DNA of 64,000 nucleotides from Gammaproteobacteria bacterium (GTDB lineage Bacteria; Pseudomonadota; Gammaproteobacteria; JABCZS01): NCBI GenBank assembly GCA_044445605.1, contig JBIOEA010000008.1, positions 1,217 to 65,216 of the forward strand, read 5' to 3'. Shown piece by piece: positions 54,094 to 64,000 of this stretch (position 1 is its first letter; each line of letters starts with the position of its first letter). The notes under the pieces were generated by a model. It saw only the letters and a program-made list of their open reading frames with translations, ran no database searches and was not told where the DNA came from. The position numbers and the translations under genes were made by a program.

Positions 54094-54935
54094 ACGATAC
54101 TGTCTACTTAAATGGGGTTTACGGCCCCGCAACTGAAGCAAAAGTCTCTGTCTTTGACAGAGGCTTTTTGTTTGGTGATGGCGTCTATGAAGTCATGCCA
54201 TTTTATCAGGGACGCGCATTTGGATGGGAAGGCCACATGGAGCGTTTTGAGCGCAGCCTTGGTGCAATAGATATACCCAATCCGCATACCGAACGGCAAT
54301 GGCGCGACATTGCAACGCAATTGCTCGCGGCCAATGGCGACACGCAATTAATCTATTTACAAGTCACGCGTGGCGTGGCGGTTCCGCGTAAACATACTTA
54401 TGATCAAGGCATGACGCCCACCGTATTTGCTTCCAGCATCTCTTTCACCCCCGTTCAAACCAGTGGCATGAGTGTGATCACCTTGCTCGATGAGCGCTGG
54501 GAACATTGTCATATTAAATCACTCAATTTATTACCTAATGTCTTAGCGACGCAACAAGCGAAACGCGAAGGCGTTCCCGAAGCCATTCTCATTCATGATG
54601 GGTTTGTGACCGAAGGCGCGAGCAGCAATGTCTTCATCGTGAAAAACAATGAAATCTTCACGCCGCCCACAGATGGCTCCATTTTGCGCGGTGTGACACG
54701 TGGGATTATTTGTGATCTGTGTGCATCACTGGGTTATCGAGTGAAAGAAGAACCCATTTCTATCGATGCACTGATCAACGCTGATGAAGTTTGGTTGAGC
54801 TCTGTCGGAAAAGAAATCACCCCGGTGATTAAAATCGATGGCCAACCGATTGCCAATGGCAAACCCGGGCCCGTTTGGGAACGTGCTTACCCGATGTACC
54901 AAGAATGTATTAAGCGGGATGCACATGCCCTGTGA
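54090..54935 (+). CDS. class IV (fold type IV) PLP aminotransferase: D-amino-acid aminotransferase or aminodeoxychorismate lyase-like
   Basis: 281 aa; FGDGVYEV and EGASSNVF motifs; ATGA overlap with the carboxypeptidase gene. Confidence 0.65.
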   Translation: MNDTVYLNGVYGPATEAKVSVFDRGFLFGDGVYEVMPFYQGRAFGWEGHMERFERSLGAIDIPNPHTERQWRDIATQLLAANGDTQLIYLQVTRGVAVPRKHTYDQGMTPTVFASSISFTPVQTSGMSVITLLDERWEHCHIKSLNLLPNVLATQQAKREGVPEAILIHDGFVTEGASSNVFIVKNNEIFTPPTDGSILRGVTRGIICDLCASLGYRVKEEPISIDALINADEVWLSSVGKEITPVIKIDGQPIANGKPGPVWERAYPMYQECIKRDAHAL

Positions 54936-55572
54936 TGTTGTCATACGTTCGTTGGGGCAAGTGCCTTATGTGTCTACCTGGGAAAAAATGCGCACCTTCA
55001 CGGAGCAGCGCACCTCAGAGACTTGCGATGAAATATGGTGCTTGAGCCACCCGCCCGTCTTTACCCAAGGACAAGCTGGCAAGCCTGAACACTTAATCAA
55101 CCCAGGCGATATTGAAGTCGTTCAGACCGATCGTGGAGGCCAGGTGACGTATCATGGCCCCGGCCAACTCGTCATCTATTTTTTAATCGATTTAAAACGC
55201 AGGAACCAAGGGATACGCGCCTTAGTGGATACCATCGAACAAGGCGTTATCGCGATGCTGAAAGCCGATCATATCGCCGCTCATACGATTGAAAAGGCCC
55301 CGGGGGTTTATGTTGACCAGGCAAAAGTCTGTTCCCTAGGATTAAGGGTCAAACGTGGCTGTACGTATCATGGATTAGCGCTGAACGTAAACATGGATTT
55401 AACGCCTTTCTCGCGTATAAACCCCTGCGGATACAAAGACTTAAACGTCTGCCAAACCTCAGACCTAGGTGGGGCACAAACACTGGAACAAGCCCGCGAT
55501 CGACTGATCGCGCAATTGCTACCGCTTTTCGGGTATAATCACCCCCAAAGCAGCATTGAGGGGACCTTATGA
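54919..55572 (+). CDS. lipB: octanoyltransferase (lipoyl(octanoyl) transferase)
   Basis: [12 protein letters not shown] and [14 protein letters not shown] motifs. The start is ambiguous (54919 or 54925); the listed ORF start at 54838 runs back through the aminotransferase 3' end. Confidence 0.85.
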   Translation: MHMPCDVVIRSLGQVPYVSTWEKMRTFTEQRTSETCDEIWCLSHPPVFTQGQAGKPEHLINPGDIEVVQTDRGGQVTYHGPGQLVIYFLIDLKRRNQGIRALVDTIEQGVIAMLKADHIAAHTIEKAPGVYVDQAKVCSLGLRVKRGCTYHGLALNVNMDLTPFSRINPCGYKDLNVCQTSDLGGAQTLEQARDRLIAQLLPLFGYNHPQSSIEGTL

Positions 55573-56519
55573 GCACGCCAACGGTCAATGATAAACAACG
55601 GGGTTTTGATAAGCTCTCGCGCATCCCGATTAAAGTCGAAGCACAACCTCTCCTCAAAAAACCCGATTGGATTCGTGTCCGTCTGCCTTCCCAACATAAT
55701 ATTGATATTGTGACGCAAATGCTTCGCCAGAACCGCTTACACAGCGTCTGTGAAGAAGCCTCCTGCCCAAATTTACCTGAGTGTTTCAGCAAAGGTACCG
55801 CAACGTTCATGATCATGGGTGACAAATGCACCCGCCGTTGCAGCTTTTGTGACGTAGCTCATGGCCGCCCTGATCCCCTCGACGAAAGCGAACCGGCGAA
55901 TCTAGCCACAGCCATTGCCACGATGAAGTTGAAATACGTGGTCATTACATCGGTGGACAGAGATGATTTACGTGATGGTGGCGCGGGCCATTTTGCGGCA
56001 TGCATTAAAGCCACACGCGAACAAAGCCCGAACATTCGCATTGAAATTTTGGTGCCTGATTTCCGCGGTAAAAATCGCCGTCAAATCGCGATTGATCTTT
56101 TAGCGACGGAACCGCCAGATGTGTTTAACCATAATATTGAAACCGTGCCACGGTTATACGCGCAAGCACGCCCTGGTTCTGACTATCACTGGTCGTTGTT
56201 ATTGCTGAAAGAATTCAAAGAACGCTTTCCACATATCCCAACAAAATCCGGCATCATGCTGGGGCTTGGCGAAACCTTGGACGAAGTACGCGACGTGATG
56301 CGTGACTTACGTACGCACCATGTTGACATGATCACCATTGGGCAATACTTACAGCCTTCTCGCTACCATCTCCCTGTTGCGCGTTATGTCACCCCAGCCG
56401 AATTCGACCAATTAAGAATCGATGGCGAAGCCATGGGGTTCTCTAATGTGGCCAGTGGGCCGCTCGTGCGCTCATCCTATCATGCTGATAAACAAGCAGA
56501 TGGCGAGAGAGTCAGCTAA
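55569..56519 (+). CDS. lipA: lipoyl synthase
   Basis: 316 aa; radical-SAM CxxxCxxC ([10 protein letters not shown]) and the N-terminal cysteine cluster. Confidence 0.93.
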   Translation: MSTPTVNDKQRGFDKLSRIPIKVEAQPLLKKPDWIRVRLPSQHNIDIVTQMLRQNRLHSVCEEASCPNLPECFSKGTATFMIMGDKCTRRCSFCDVAHGRPDPLDESEPANLATAIATMKLKYVVITSVDRDDLRDGGAGHFAACIKATREQSPNIRIEILVPDFRGKNRRQIAIDLLATEPPDVFNHNIETVPRLYAQARPGSDYHWSLLLLKEFKERFPHIPTKSGIMLGLGETLDEVRDVMRDLRTHHVDMITIGQYLQPSRYHLPVARYVTPAEFDQLRIDGEAMGFSNVASGPLVRSSYHADKQADGERVS

Positions 56520-56606
56520 AGTTTGCTGATCTGCTTTCATCCTCTACAGGTCTATGGTATATTCCTACCTTAGCATTTTTCCCTGTAGTTGAGTGGAGAG
56601 TAGAAG

Positions 56607-57281
56607 ATGTATTCAGGCTATCAACATTGGCTGGCTCAAGGCCAACAAGCTGCTTCTAGTGATAAAGATAAGTATCAAGCTGCGCACCTTGCCCTTAGCT
56701 ACTACTCGACACCCCCCAGCCTATACAGTGCACACTTCACTCGGGACCTCGCTGATCCGAATAATAATCCTATTGATATCGTCCTTAAGATCGAAGCCAA
56801 AATACCCGCTGATAACATGACATTAGCCATCGCTCGAATTGCCAAGCATCATTTGGAAGATTTTAAGCAACATCAGACTCAAATCATTAATGCAATGAAA
56901 CAAAACCGCCATCTTGCCTGCGTATGGGCGAGCGCCTATATTGACGCACGAAAAATACTCAAACCACAGAACAACGTTTTTAATGAGATCATTAATAATA
57001 CTTTTTTTAAAAACAATGTAGCGGTCATGAGCAAATTTTATAACATTTCAAAGAAATCAGATCCTTTTTCTCATGTGCATATTGACAACAATCTACGCAT
57101 TCGGGCAACCCAACTTATCCTCACCGATACTTCCTTTACTCCAGCCATCCTGGCACTTGGGGTCAACGCGAAAAAAGATGATTTTGCAGACATCGTGAAT
57201 ACGCACCATGCAAAATTGTTCACAACCGAACGCACTGATGATGAGCCCCAGATCAAGAAGCAAAAGTTAGTAAAAAAGTAA
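56607..57281 (+). CDS. hypothetical protein (AT-rich, Lys-rich C-terminus)
   Basis: 224-aa ORF with a GGAGAG RBS. It sits between conserved genes (lipA and orn) and shows no recognisable domain. Confidence 0.5.
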   Translation: MYSGYQHWLAQGQQAASSDKDKYQAAHLALSYYSTPPSLYSAHFTRDLADPNNNPIDIVLKIEAKIPADNMTLAIARIAKHHLEDFKQHQTQIINAMKQNRHLACVWASAYIDARKILKPQNNVFNEIINNTFFKNNVAVMSKFYNISKKSDPFSHVHIDNNLRIRATQLILTDTSFTPAILALGVNAKKDDFADIVNTHHAKLFTTERTDDEPQIKKQKLVKK

Positions 57282-57333
57282 AGTGGGCGAAAGAAGGGGC
57301 AGCCGAGTATTCCGAGGCGGGGGTTTTTCTAGT

Positions 57334-57879
57334 CTATTCCGCCCGTAGCCAATGTTCTCTGTAATAGCGCAGTTCTGCTATTGAAGCGCGGATATCACTC
57401 AATGCACGGTGGTCATCTGATTTTTTAATTTGCTTGTACAGTTCAGGGCGCCAGCGACGCGAAAGTTCTTTGATCGTGCTGACATCAATATGGCGATAAT
57501 GGAAAAAGTCTTCTAGTTTGGGCATATACCGTGCCATAAAACGTCGATCGGTGCAAATCGTATTTCCACACATCGGGGATGCTTTGGCTTCGACCAGTTC
57601 GTTTAAAAAAGCCAAAGTTTGTTTTTCTGCTTCGTTTTCAGTAATTTTACTTTCACGAACACGCTCCACCAAGCCAGTCATGTTATGTTGACGGGTATTC
57701 CATGCATCCATGCCAGCCAGTAATGCGTCATCTTGATGAATTACCAATTCCGGCCCAATCCCAATTTCATTTAAATCACTGTCCGTGACAATCGTGGCTA
57801 TCTCGATGATCCGTTCTTTTTGCTCATTGAGCCCAGTCATCTCGAGATCGATCCAAATTAAATTTGCTTTCTTATCCAT
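57334..57879 (-). CDS. orn: oligoribonuclease
   Basis: 181 aa; DEDDh exonuclease motifs (WIDLEMTGL...). Confidence 0.9.
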   Translation of the reverse strand: MDKKANLIWIDLEMTGLNEQKERIIEIATIVTDSDLNEIGIGPELVIHQDDALLAGMDAWNTRQHNMTGLVERVRESKITENEAEKQTLAFLNELVEAKASPMCGNTICTDRRFMARYMPKLEDFFHYRHIDVSTIKELSRRWRPELYKQIKKSDDHRALSDIRASIAELRYYREHWLRAE

Positions 57880-57888
57880 TTTTTAACC

Positions 57889-58620
57889 TTAACATAATGA
57901 TTCTATTGTTTGCGCCAGTAATTGTAGCTGAGACGGGGATGATAATCGATGGTCCCCGTCTTTGATGAGCGTTATGCTGACATCATTTGAGGCCACACGC
58001 TCGGCAATCCGTATCGCTTTCTTCCAAGGAACATCAGCATCTTTCATCCCTTGCAATAATCGTATGGGGCAATGAATGGCGATGTCACCGTGCAATAAAT
58101 AATGATGCTTTGCTTCAGCGATTAATTCCGCCGAAATTGGATACGGCCTCCCTTCTATGCCGGAAGGAATATAACATACTCCTGTCTTGGCAAGTGAATC
58201 CCGATGGTCGTCTGACAACCGCGAAAAATCCTCTGTAAAATCGGGCGCTGCCGCAATACCGACCAAGCCATGAACGCGATCCGGACGGGCCAATGCAGCC
58301 AATAACATGAGCCAGCCGCCCATACTGGAGCCGACCAATATTTGAGGGCCCGTTGTTAATTCACCGATCACCTGCAAGGCGTCCGACAACCAACGCCCCA
58401 TCGTCCCTTTGACAACTTCCCCATCGGATTTGCCGTGACCATAATAATCAAAACGAACGAATGCTCGGCCCCATGCACGACAACATGCTTCTAAATACGT
58501 GGCCTTGGTTCCCGACATGTCTGAGCAAAAGCCCCCCAAAAACACGACACCCGGCCCCTCGCCTTCTGTTTTACAGTAGGCTAGCTTGTTGCCGTGACCA
58601 TCCGTCAAATATGTATTCAT
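57889..58620 (-). CDS. alpha/beta-fold hydrolase (esterase/thioesterase-like)
   Basis: 243 aa; GSSMGG nucleophile elbow; Ser-Asp-His arrangement. Confidence 0.7.
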   Translation of the reverse strand: MNTYLTDGHGNKLAYCKTEGEGPGVVFLGGFCSDMSGTKATYLEACCRAWGRAFVRFDYYGHGKSDGEVVKGTMGRWLSDALQVIGELTTGPQILVGSSMGGWLMLLAALARPDRVHGLVGIAAAPDFTEDFSRLSDDHRDSLAKTGVCYIPSGIEGRPYPISAELIAEAKHHYLLHGDIAIHCPIRLLQGMKDADVPWKKAIRIAERVASNDVSITLIKDGDHRLSSPSQLQLLAQTIESLC

Positions 58621-58710
58621 CCTTCTCTCCCACCAAGCCCGCTACGATAACATATTCCTAAAATAATGGTAAAAATTGAGTATACTTCCAAGGTGTGCAA
58701 GGAAAAATCG

Positions 58711-60321
58711 ATGAATGAAGAAATACTCAATTTTGATGTGGTGATTGTCGGTGCAGGCCCCGCAGGATTAGCGGCAGCCATCCGACTCAAACAGCGTTGC
58801 AAAGCCACTGGCAAAGATCTATCCGTCTGTGTCTTAGAAAAAGGCAGCGAAGTCGGTGCGCATATTATTTCCGGCGCTGTCATCGACCCTCGTGCACTCA
58901 ACGAACTCATCCCCGATTGGCAAACCCTCTACCCACATCACACGCCCGTCGGCGAGGAGCGGTTCTCCTACTTCACCGCCACCAAAGCGCATCTTCTTCC
59001 CATCCCAACCAGAATGCGTAATCAAGGTAACTTTGTTGTAAGCTTAAGTCGTCTCTGTCGATTTCTCGGCGACTATGCACAATCGCTCGGTGTCGATATT
59101 TTCCCTGGCTTCCCCGCTGCAGGCCTGCTGATGGAAAATAATCGCGTCATTGGCATCAAAACAAAACCACAAGGATTGGATAAACAGGGCCAACCCACCG
59201 CGCAATACATGCCCGCCACCCATATTCACGGCAAACACATGTTAATTGCCGAAGGCGCTCGCGGCTCACTGTCTCGGCAACTCATCGATCATTATGACTT
59301 GACGGCGGGCCGCTGCCCACAAACCTACGGATTGGGCATCAAAGAAATTTGGCAAGTCCCCCGCAAAGAGTCCCTCGCAGGACGCGTGAAACACACGGTA
59401 GGATGGCCGCTGAAACCTGACACTTATGGCGGCGGGTTCATGTACCATCTCGACCCCGAACATATCGCAGTCGGTTTTGTCGTAGGATTAGATTACCAGA
59501 ACCCCAATCTCAGCCCATTTGAACTGTTTCAACAATTTAAATCACATCCCCATATTCATATGTTTTTAAAAGAAGGCCGCCGCATTGGTTATGGCGCACG
59601 TGCATTGACAGAAGGCGGATATCAATCCATTCCAAAACTCACCTTCCCAGGCGGTTATTTAATCGGCTGTGCGGCAGGCTTTATGAATGTCGCACGCTTA
59701 AAGGGCTCACATACTGCGATCAAATCCGGTATGTTGGGTGCAGACTGCGTTTATGAAAAACTCGCTGAACAGCAAACACCGGATTTTGACGAGCGCATTG
59801 CACAATCTTGGATTGTTGAAGAATTGTACCCCGTGCGCAATATTCGCCCTGGGTTTAAAAAAGGATTGTGGCCTGGGCTGCTCAACGCTGCATTCGAAAC
59901 CTATATTACCCATGGCAAAAGCCCTTGGACACTCAACAACACAGCGGACCACCTATCGCTCAATCCTGCGCTGAAATTCGATAAATTTATTTATCCTAAG
60001 CCTGATAATATCATCACCTTTGATCGGTTATCATCGCTGGCGCTATCGGGCGTGCATCACCGGGAAAATCAACCGTGCCACCTGGTTCTCAAAGACCCCG
60101 CTGCAGCGATTTTAGAAAACTACACTCTCTTTAATTCTCCCGAACAATTTTATTGCCCTGCCGGCGTGTATGAAATCATCACAAATGACGGTATTCCACA
60201 CTTGCAAATCAATGCCATGAATTGTTTACACTGCAAAGCCTGTGATATCAAAGATCCGACACAAAACATTGTGTGGGAAACCCCCGAGGGCAGTGGCGGC
60301 CCTCACTATACTGACATGTAG
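58711..60321 (+). CDS. electron-transfer flavoprotein:ubiquinone oxidoreductase (ETF-QO)
   Basis: FAD Rossmann motif FDVVIVGAGPAGLAAAIRL and the C-terminal 4Fe-4S motif CLHCKACDIKDP. Start refined to MNEEIL (AAGGA RBS). Confidence 0.85.
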   Translation: MNEEILNFDVVIVGAGPAGLAAAIRLKQRCKATGKDLSVCVLEKGSEVGAHIISGAVIDPRALNELIPDWQTLYPHHTPVGEERFSYFTATKAHLLPIPTRMRNQGNFVVSLSRLCRFLGDYAQSLGVDIFPGFPAAGLLMENNRVIGIKTKPQGLDKQGQPTAQYMPATHIHGKHMLIAEGARGSLSRQLIDHYDLTAGRCPQTYGLGIKEIWQVPRKESLAGRVKHTVGWPLKPDTYGGGFMYHLDPEHIAVGFVVGLDYQNPNLSPFELFQQFKSHPHIHMFLKEGRRIGYGARALTEGGYQSIPKLTFPGGYLIGCAAGFMNVARLKGSHTAIKSGMLGADCVYEKLAEQQTPDFDERIAQSWIVEELYPVRNIRPGFKKGLWPGLLNAAFETYITHGKSPWTLNNTADHLSLNPALKFDKFIYPKPDNIITFDRLSSLALSGVHHRENQPCHLVLKDPAAAILENYTLFNSPEQFYCPAGVYEIITNDGIPHLQINAMNCLHCKACDIKDPTQNIVWETPEGSGGPHYTDM

Positions 60322-60328
60322 GTGTTTT

Positions 60329-60874
60329 ATGATGATTGATCGTGATAAAAGTGGTTTACTGCTCATTGACATGCAAGAAAAATTGGTGCCGCTGGTGATG
60401 GATCATCGCGAATGCATCGGTCACTGCGAATGGATGCTAGGCGTTGCGAATGTCCTCCAAATCCCAGCCATTACCACACAACAATACCCCAAAGGATTAG
60501 GTGCAACGATTCAATCACTGCAAACGTTGATTGACACACAACGCGTGATCAATAAAATCACGTTTTCAGCCATGCGTGATGAAGATGGCGAAGCACAAAT
60601 CCGCGCCAGCCATAAAACACATTGGGTACTGACCGGGATTGAAACCCATGTCTGCGTGATGCAAACTGCACTTGATTTAAAAGAGGCAGGCTTTAAAGTA
60701 TTTGTGGTGGATGAAGCCACCTCCGCACGCAGCGCGCACGATAAAAAACTGGCCATCTCCCGTATGCGCGCCGCCGGAATTCACATCGTCACGCGTGAAA
60801 TGGTTGTCTTTGAGTGGTTGAAGACCTCGGGCGCAGCAGAATTCAAACAAATCAGCCAAGGGTTCATTAAATGA
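60329..60874 (+). CDS. isochorismatase-family cysteine hydrolase
   Basis: LLLIDMQ and GIETHVCVMQTALDL motifs. Start refined to MMIDRDKSG, 8 nt after the ETF-QO stop. Confidence 0.7.
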   Translation: MMIDRDKSGLLLIDMQEKLVPLVMDHRECIGHCEWMLGVANVLQIPAITTQQYPKGLGATIQSLQTLIDTQRVINKITFSAMRDEDGEAQIRASHKTHWVLTGIETHVCVMQTALDLKEAGFKVFVVDEATSARSAHDKKLAISRMRAAGIHIVTREMVVFEWLKTSGAAEFKQISQGFIK

Positions 60875-61620
60875 ATAAGCATCAATCATCTGCCATCGTC
60901 ACCGGTGGAGCATCGGGCTTAGGCGAAGCCACCGTTCGTCTGTTACGTGCACAGGGCATGCATGTTGTCTTTTGTGACCGTCAAACCAATGATGCATTGG
61001 CTAGGGAAACAGGCGCCGTGTTCGTTCAAGGCGATGTGACGAAAGCTGAAGACATCGAAGCTGCTATTGCCAAAGCCAATGGGCCCGCGCCATTACGCGT
61101 CGTCGTTCATTGCGCAGGGATTCTCGGCGGTGCACGCATCAGCGGCAAAGAGGGCCCTCATGATCTGGCTTCCTTCGAAAAAATCATTCATGTGAACTTA
61201 ATAGGGACGTTTAACGTGCTGCGATTGTGCTCACATGCAATGAGTCAAAGTACAATGGATAACCCAGATGGCGCCAGAGGTGTTATCATTACCACCGCTT
61301 CGATTGCCGCCTTTGAAGGTCAAATTGGGCAGGCGGCTTACAGTGCTTCGAAAGCAGGTGTTGTCGGCATGACATTACCTGCGGCACGTGAATTAGCTCG
61401 GTTTGGAATACGGGTTGTCACGATTGCCCCTGGTCTCTTTGAAACTCCCATGATGGGCGGATTGAGTGAGAAGGCCGCAACACAGTTGCAGGAAAGCGTG
61501 GTATACCCCGCTCGCTTAGGGAAAGCCGCCGAATTTGCGCAAATGGCGTTGAGTATTATTGATAACCCGATGCTGAACGGATGTACCATTCGATTAGATG
61601 GGGCCGTCAGACTGATATAG
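60871..61620 (+). CDS. short-chain dehydrogenase/reductase (3-hydroxyacyl-CoA dehydrogenase type-2-like)
   Basis: TGGASGLGEAT cofactor motif and YSASKAGVVGMT catalytic YxxxK. Confidence 0.8.
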   Translation: MNKHQSSAIVTGGASGLGEATVRLLRAQGMHVVFCDRQTNDALARETGAVFVQGDVTKAEDIEAAIAKANGPAPLRVVVHCAGILGGARISGKEGPHDLASFEKIIHVNLIGTFNVLRLCSHAMSQSTMDNPDGARGVIITTASIAAFEGQIGQAAYSASKAGVVGMTLPAARELARFGIRVVTIAPGLFETPMMGGLSEKAATQLQESVVYPARLGKAAEFAQMALSIIDNPMLNGCTIRLDGAVRLI

Positions 61621-61633
61621 GAATACAGCGTTT

Positions 61634-62725
61634 ATGACAGATAATAATGCGGTAGTGGCTCAGTTTGAGATTCGTTATCACCAATTCCTGACTAAAGAAG
61701 GCGTGCTCGTTCAGCCGCTGCCTGAACCATTAGATAACAATCCGACGCTGTGGAAAGAGATGTATTACCATTTAGTGCGCAATCGTATGTTCGATGAAAA
61801 AGCGATTAAATTGCAGCGAACCGGGCAGATGAGCACGTATCCTTCGACAGAAGGGCAGGAAGCGATCGCAGTGGGCGTTGGGATGGCGATGCATCGAGAA
61901 GACGTGCTTGTCCCCTACTACCGTGAATGTGGCGCGCATTTAGTGCGTGGCGTAAAGATGGATGAAATGTTCATGTATTGGGGCGGCGATGAGCGCGGCA
62001 GTTTATACGAACAGATTCCGAATGATTTCCCTTATTGTGTTCCGATTGCGACGCAATGTTTACATGCTGCGGGCGTGGCCGCTGCGTTCAAATACAAACA
62101 AGAAAAACGTGCGGCGGTTTCATTCATTGGGGATGGCGGCACATCGAAAGGTGATTTTTATGAAGCGATGAATGTGGCGGGTGTTTGGCATTTACCCGTG
62201 GTCTTTCTCATCAACAATAATCAATGGGCGATTTCCGTGCCGATTTCCCAACAAACCGCGTGCAAAACATTAGCACAAAAAGGCATTGCAGCCGGGTTAA
62301 GTGCTGAACAAGTGGATGGCGATGATATTTTTGCCGTGTATCATGCAACGCATCTTGCGCTGGATCGCGCGCGTCAAGGCAAAGGGGCGCATGTGATTGA
62401 AGCCATCACGTATCGTATGGGCGATCACACTACCGCGGATGATGCGAGCCGTTACCGTGATAATGAAGCGGTTCAAAAACACCGTGATGAATGCCCGATC
62501 TTACGTTTACGGAAATTCATGGAATCACAAAACGTCTGGAACGCTGCGGATGAATCTGCCTTGATTGAAAAAATTGCTGCTGATATTGAAGCGGCGGTGA
62601 CACGTTATCAACAATTGACTCCCTGCCCTGTGACAGACATGTTCGATTATTTATATGAAACATTGCCCGATGCATTGCAAGAACAGCGCGATGAAGTCAT
62701 TGCTTATTTTGGAGACCGCTCATGA
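61634..62725 (+). CDS. 2-oxoisovalerate (branched-chain alpha-keto acid) dehydrogenase E1 component alpha subunit, TPP-dependent
   Basis: 363 aa; TPP-binding GDG...NN motif and YRMGDHTTADD. Confidence 0.8.
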   Translation: MTDNNAVVAQFEIRYHQFLTKEGVLVQPLPEPLDNNPTLWKEMYYHLVRNRMFDEKAIKLQRTGQMSTYPSTEGQEAIAVGVGMAMHREDVLVPYYRECGAHLVRGVKMDEMFMYWGGDERGSLYEQIPNDFPYCVPIATQCLHAAGVAAAFKYKQEKRAAVSFIGDGGTSKGDFYEAMNVAGVWHLPVVFLINNNQWAISVPISQQTACKTLAQKGIAAGLSAEQVDGDDIFAVYHATHLALDRARQGKGAHVIEAITYRMGDHTTADDASRYRDNEAVQKHRDECPILRLRKFMESQNVWNAADESALIEKIAADIEAAVTRYQQLTPCPVTDMFDYLYETLPDALQEQRDEVIAYFGDRS

Positions 62726-63711
62726 GCGCTATCACGTTAGTAGAAGCCGTCAATCAAGCGTTGGCGCACGAATTAGCACGCGATGAAAATGTTGTATTGC
62801 TAGGCGAAGACATTGGGATGAATGGCGGTGTTTTTCGTGCCACCGCCGGTTTGCAAGCTCGTTTTGGATCCAAGCGCGTGATTGATACACCACTGGCTGA
62901 AACGATGCTTGGCGGTTTAGGCGTTGGGATGGCGACACAAGGTTTGCGTCCCGTTGTTGAAATTCAATTCATGGGATTTATTTATCCTGCAATGGATCAC
63001 ATTGTGAACCACGCATCACGCATGCGTAATCGTACACGTGGCCGGCTTACGTGCCCGATGGTCATTCGCACACCTTATGGTGCGGGGATTCGTGCGCCGG
63101 AGCACCACTCTGAAAGTACAGAATCGATGTTCACGCACATTCCTGGTTTGCGCGTGGTTGTCCCCTCCTCGCCTTTTCGTGCGTATGGATTATTATTGGC
63201 GGCGATTCGTGATCCGGATCCCGTGATATTTTTAGAACCGAGCCGCATTTATCGTTTAATCAAACAAGAAGTGCCTGATAATGGTGAAGCGTTACCGCTT
63301 GATACGTGTTTTGTGTTGAAAGAAGGCACGGATGTGACCCTCGTGAGTTGGGGCGCCATGATGCATGAAACATTGCAAGTAGCGCAGCAATTAGAAAATG
63401 ATGGCATTTCTGCCGAAGTAATTGATGTGGCGACATTGAAGCCACTGGATATGGATACGATTTTGCAATCGGTGTCGAAGACGGGCCGTTGCGTGGTGAT
63501 CCACGAAGCTGCCCGCACCAGCGGATTTGGTGCAGAAATTGCGGCGGAACTAGGCGAGAAAGCGTGGGACGTATTGAAAGCGCCTGTGTTACGTGTCACC
63601 GGTTTCGACACCATTGTGCCGTTGTATCGAAAAGAAATGCAGTATTTACCGAGCGTTGAGCGTATCCGTGATACGGTGGATGCTGTCTTGGTTTATGAGA
63701 GGATTGTCTGA
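62722..63711 (+). CDS. branched-chain alpha-keto acid dehydrogenase E1 component beta subunit
   Basis: 329 aa; transketolase-like pyrimidine-binding domain and C-terminal domain; ATGA overlap with E1 alpha. Confidence 0.85.
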   Translation: MSAITLVEAVNQALAHELARDENVVLLGEDIGMNGGVFRATAGLQARFGSKRVIDTPLAETMLGGLGVGMATQGLRPVVEIQFMGFIYPAMDHIVNHASRMRNRTRGRLTCPMVIRTPYGAGIRAPEHHSESTESMFTHIPGLRVVVPSSPFRAYGLLLAAIRDPDPVIFLEPSRIYRLIKQEVPDNGEALPLDTCFVLKEGTDVTLVSWGAMMHETLQVAQQLENDGISAEVIDVATLKPLDMDTILQSVSKTGRCVVIHEAARTSGFGAEIAAELGEKAWDVLKAPVLRVTGFDTIVPLYRKEMQYLPSVERIRDTVDAVLVYERIV

Positions 63712-64000
63712 TGAAAATATTTTATTTACCGGATTTAGGTGAAGGCTTACCTGACGCAGAAATTCAAGAATGGTACGTCAAGGTCGGTGATGTGGTTAAA
63801 ACAGATGATCCATTAGTCTCGATGGAAACGGCGAAAGCGATCGTGGATGTGCCCGCACCGTTCAGTGGCAAAATTGCGGTATTGCACGGCAAACAGGGCG
63901 ATATCATTAAAACGGGCACGCCGCTGGTGTCGTTCGAAGCCACGGGAGAACAACGACAAGATGCAGGTACCGTGGTTGGGCATTTGGAATCGCACTCAGG
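63711..64000 (+). CDS. dihydrolipoamide acyltransferase (E2), N-terminal lipoyl domain; runs off the window
   Basis: Not in the ORF track (no stop within the window). Translation from the ATG at 63711 gives MKIFYLPDLGEGLPDAEIQEWYVKVGDVVKTDDPLVSMETAKAIVDVPAPFSG with the lipoyl-lysine motif. Confidence 0.8.
   Translation, partial: MKIFYLPDLGEGLPDAEIQEWYVKVGDVVKTDDPLVSMETAKAIVDVPAPFSGKIAVLHGKQGDIIKTGTPLVSFEATGEQRQDAGTVVGHLESHS

Noticed and set aside
57285-57335. Possible small RNA or mobile element between the hypothetical gene and orn
   Set aside because: It is only about 50 nt. It is best explained as a bidirectional terminator region for convergent genes with a degenerate hairpin-family half-site.

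Overview
This 64 kb window is from a gammaproteobacterium whose gene content looks like an intracellular Legionellales-type organism. It encodes many ankyrin-repeat, eukaryotic-like proteins; the taxonomic call is inference, not a database hit. The core (about 17.5-47.8 kb, all on the minus strand) is one uninterrupted ribosomal/transcription super-operon. Read in transcription order it is tRNA-Tyr-Gly-Thr, tuf, tRNA-Trp, secE-nusG-rplKAJL-rpoBC, rpsL-rpsG-fusA, then the S10, spc and alpha operons through rplQ. The left flank has a partial pnp, rpsO, a MazG-like gene, greA, carAB and pabAB. The right flank has a dacC-like gene, a class IV aminotransferase, lipB-lipA, orn, an alpha/beta hydrolase, and an ETF-QO/isochorismatase/SDR/BCKDH (E1a-E1b-E2) operon that runs off the window end. 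Two accessory blocks interrupt this conserved backbone. (1) At 9.3-17.3 kb sit a protein with four perfect 45-bp (15-aa) tandem repeats, a small hypothetical, tRNA-Leu(CAG), a GC-rich sodium:solute symporter, a 587-aa ankyrin protein and a 958-aa protein with a racemase-superfamily domain and C-terminal transmembrane helices. (2) At 47.9-52.8 kb, beside the tRNA-Tyr/Gly/Thr-tuf cluster, three tandem paralogs share a roughly 150-aa domain I cannot assign to any known family. Two of them are ankyrin proteins whose upstream sequences are also duplicated, and a 9-codon relic of the third gene sits at the duplication junction. I found no canonical defence system, CRISPR array, integrase, transposase or secretion-apparatus gene. 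The novelty lies in the effector-like genes, the repeat family and the shared paralog domain. A family of GGGGCGAA...TTCGCCCC hairpins recurs at operon ends and several copies supply the stop codon of the gene they follow. The spc operon has no rpmD (L30) between rpsE and rplO, and rpsM has no canonical start codon. The supplied ORF track appears to translate GTG/TTG starts as M, so many listed N-termini are over-extended; I refined starts where conservation and an RBS allowed.
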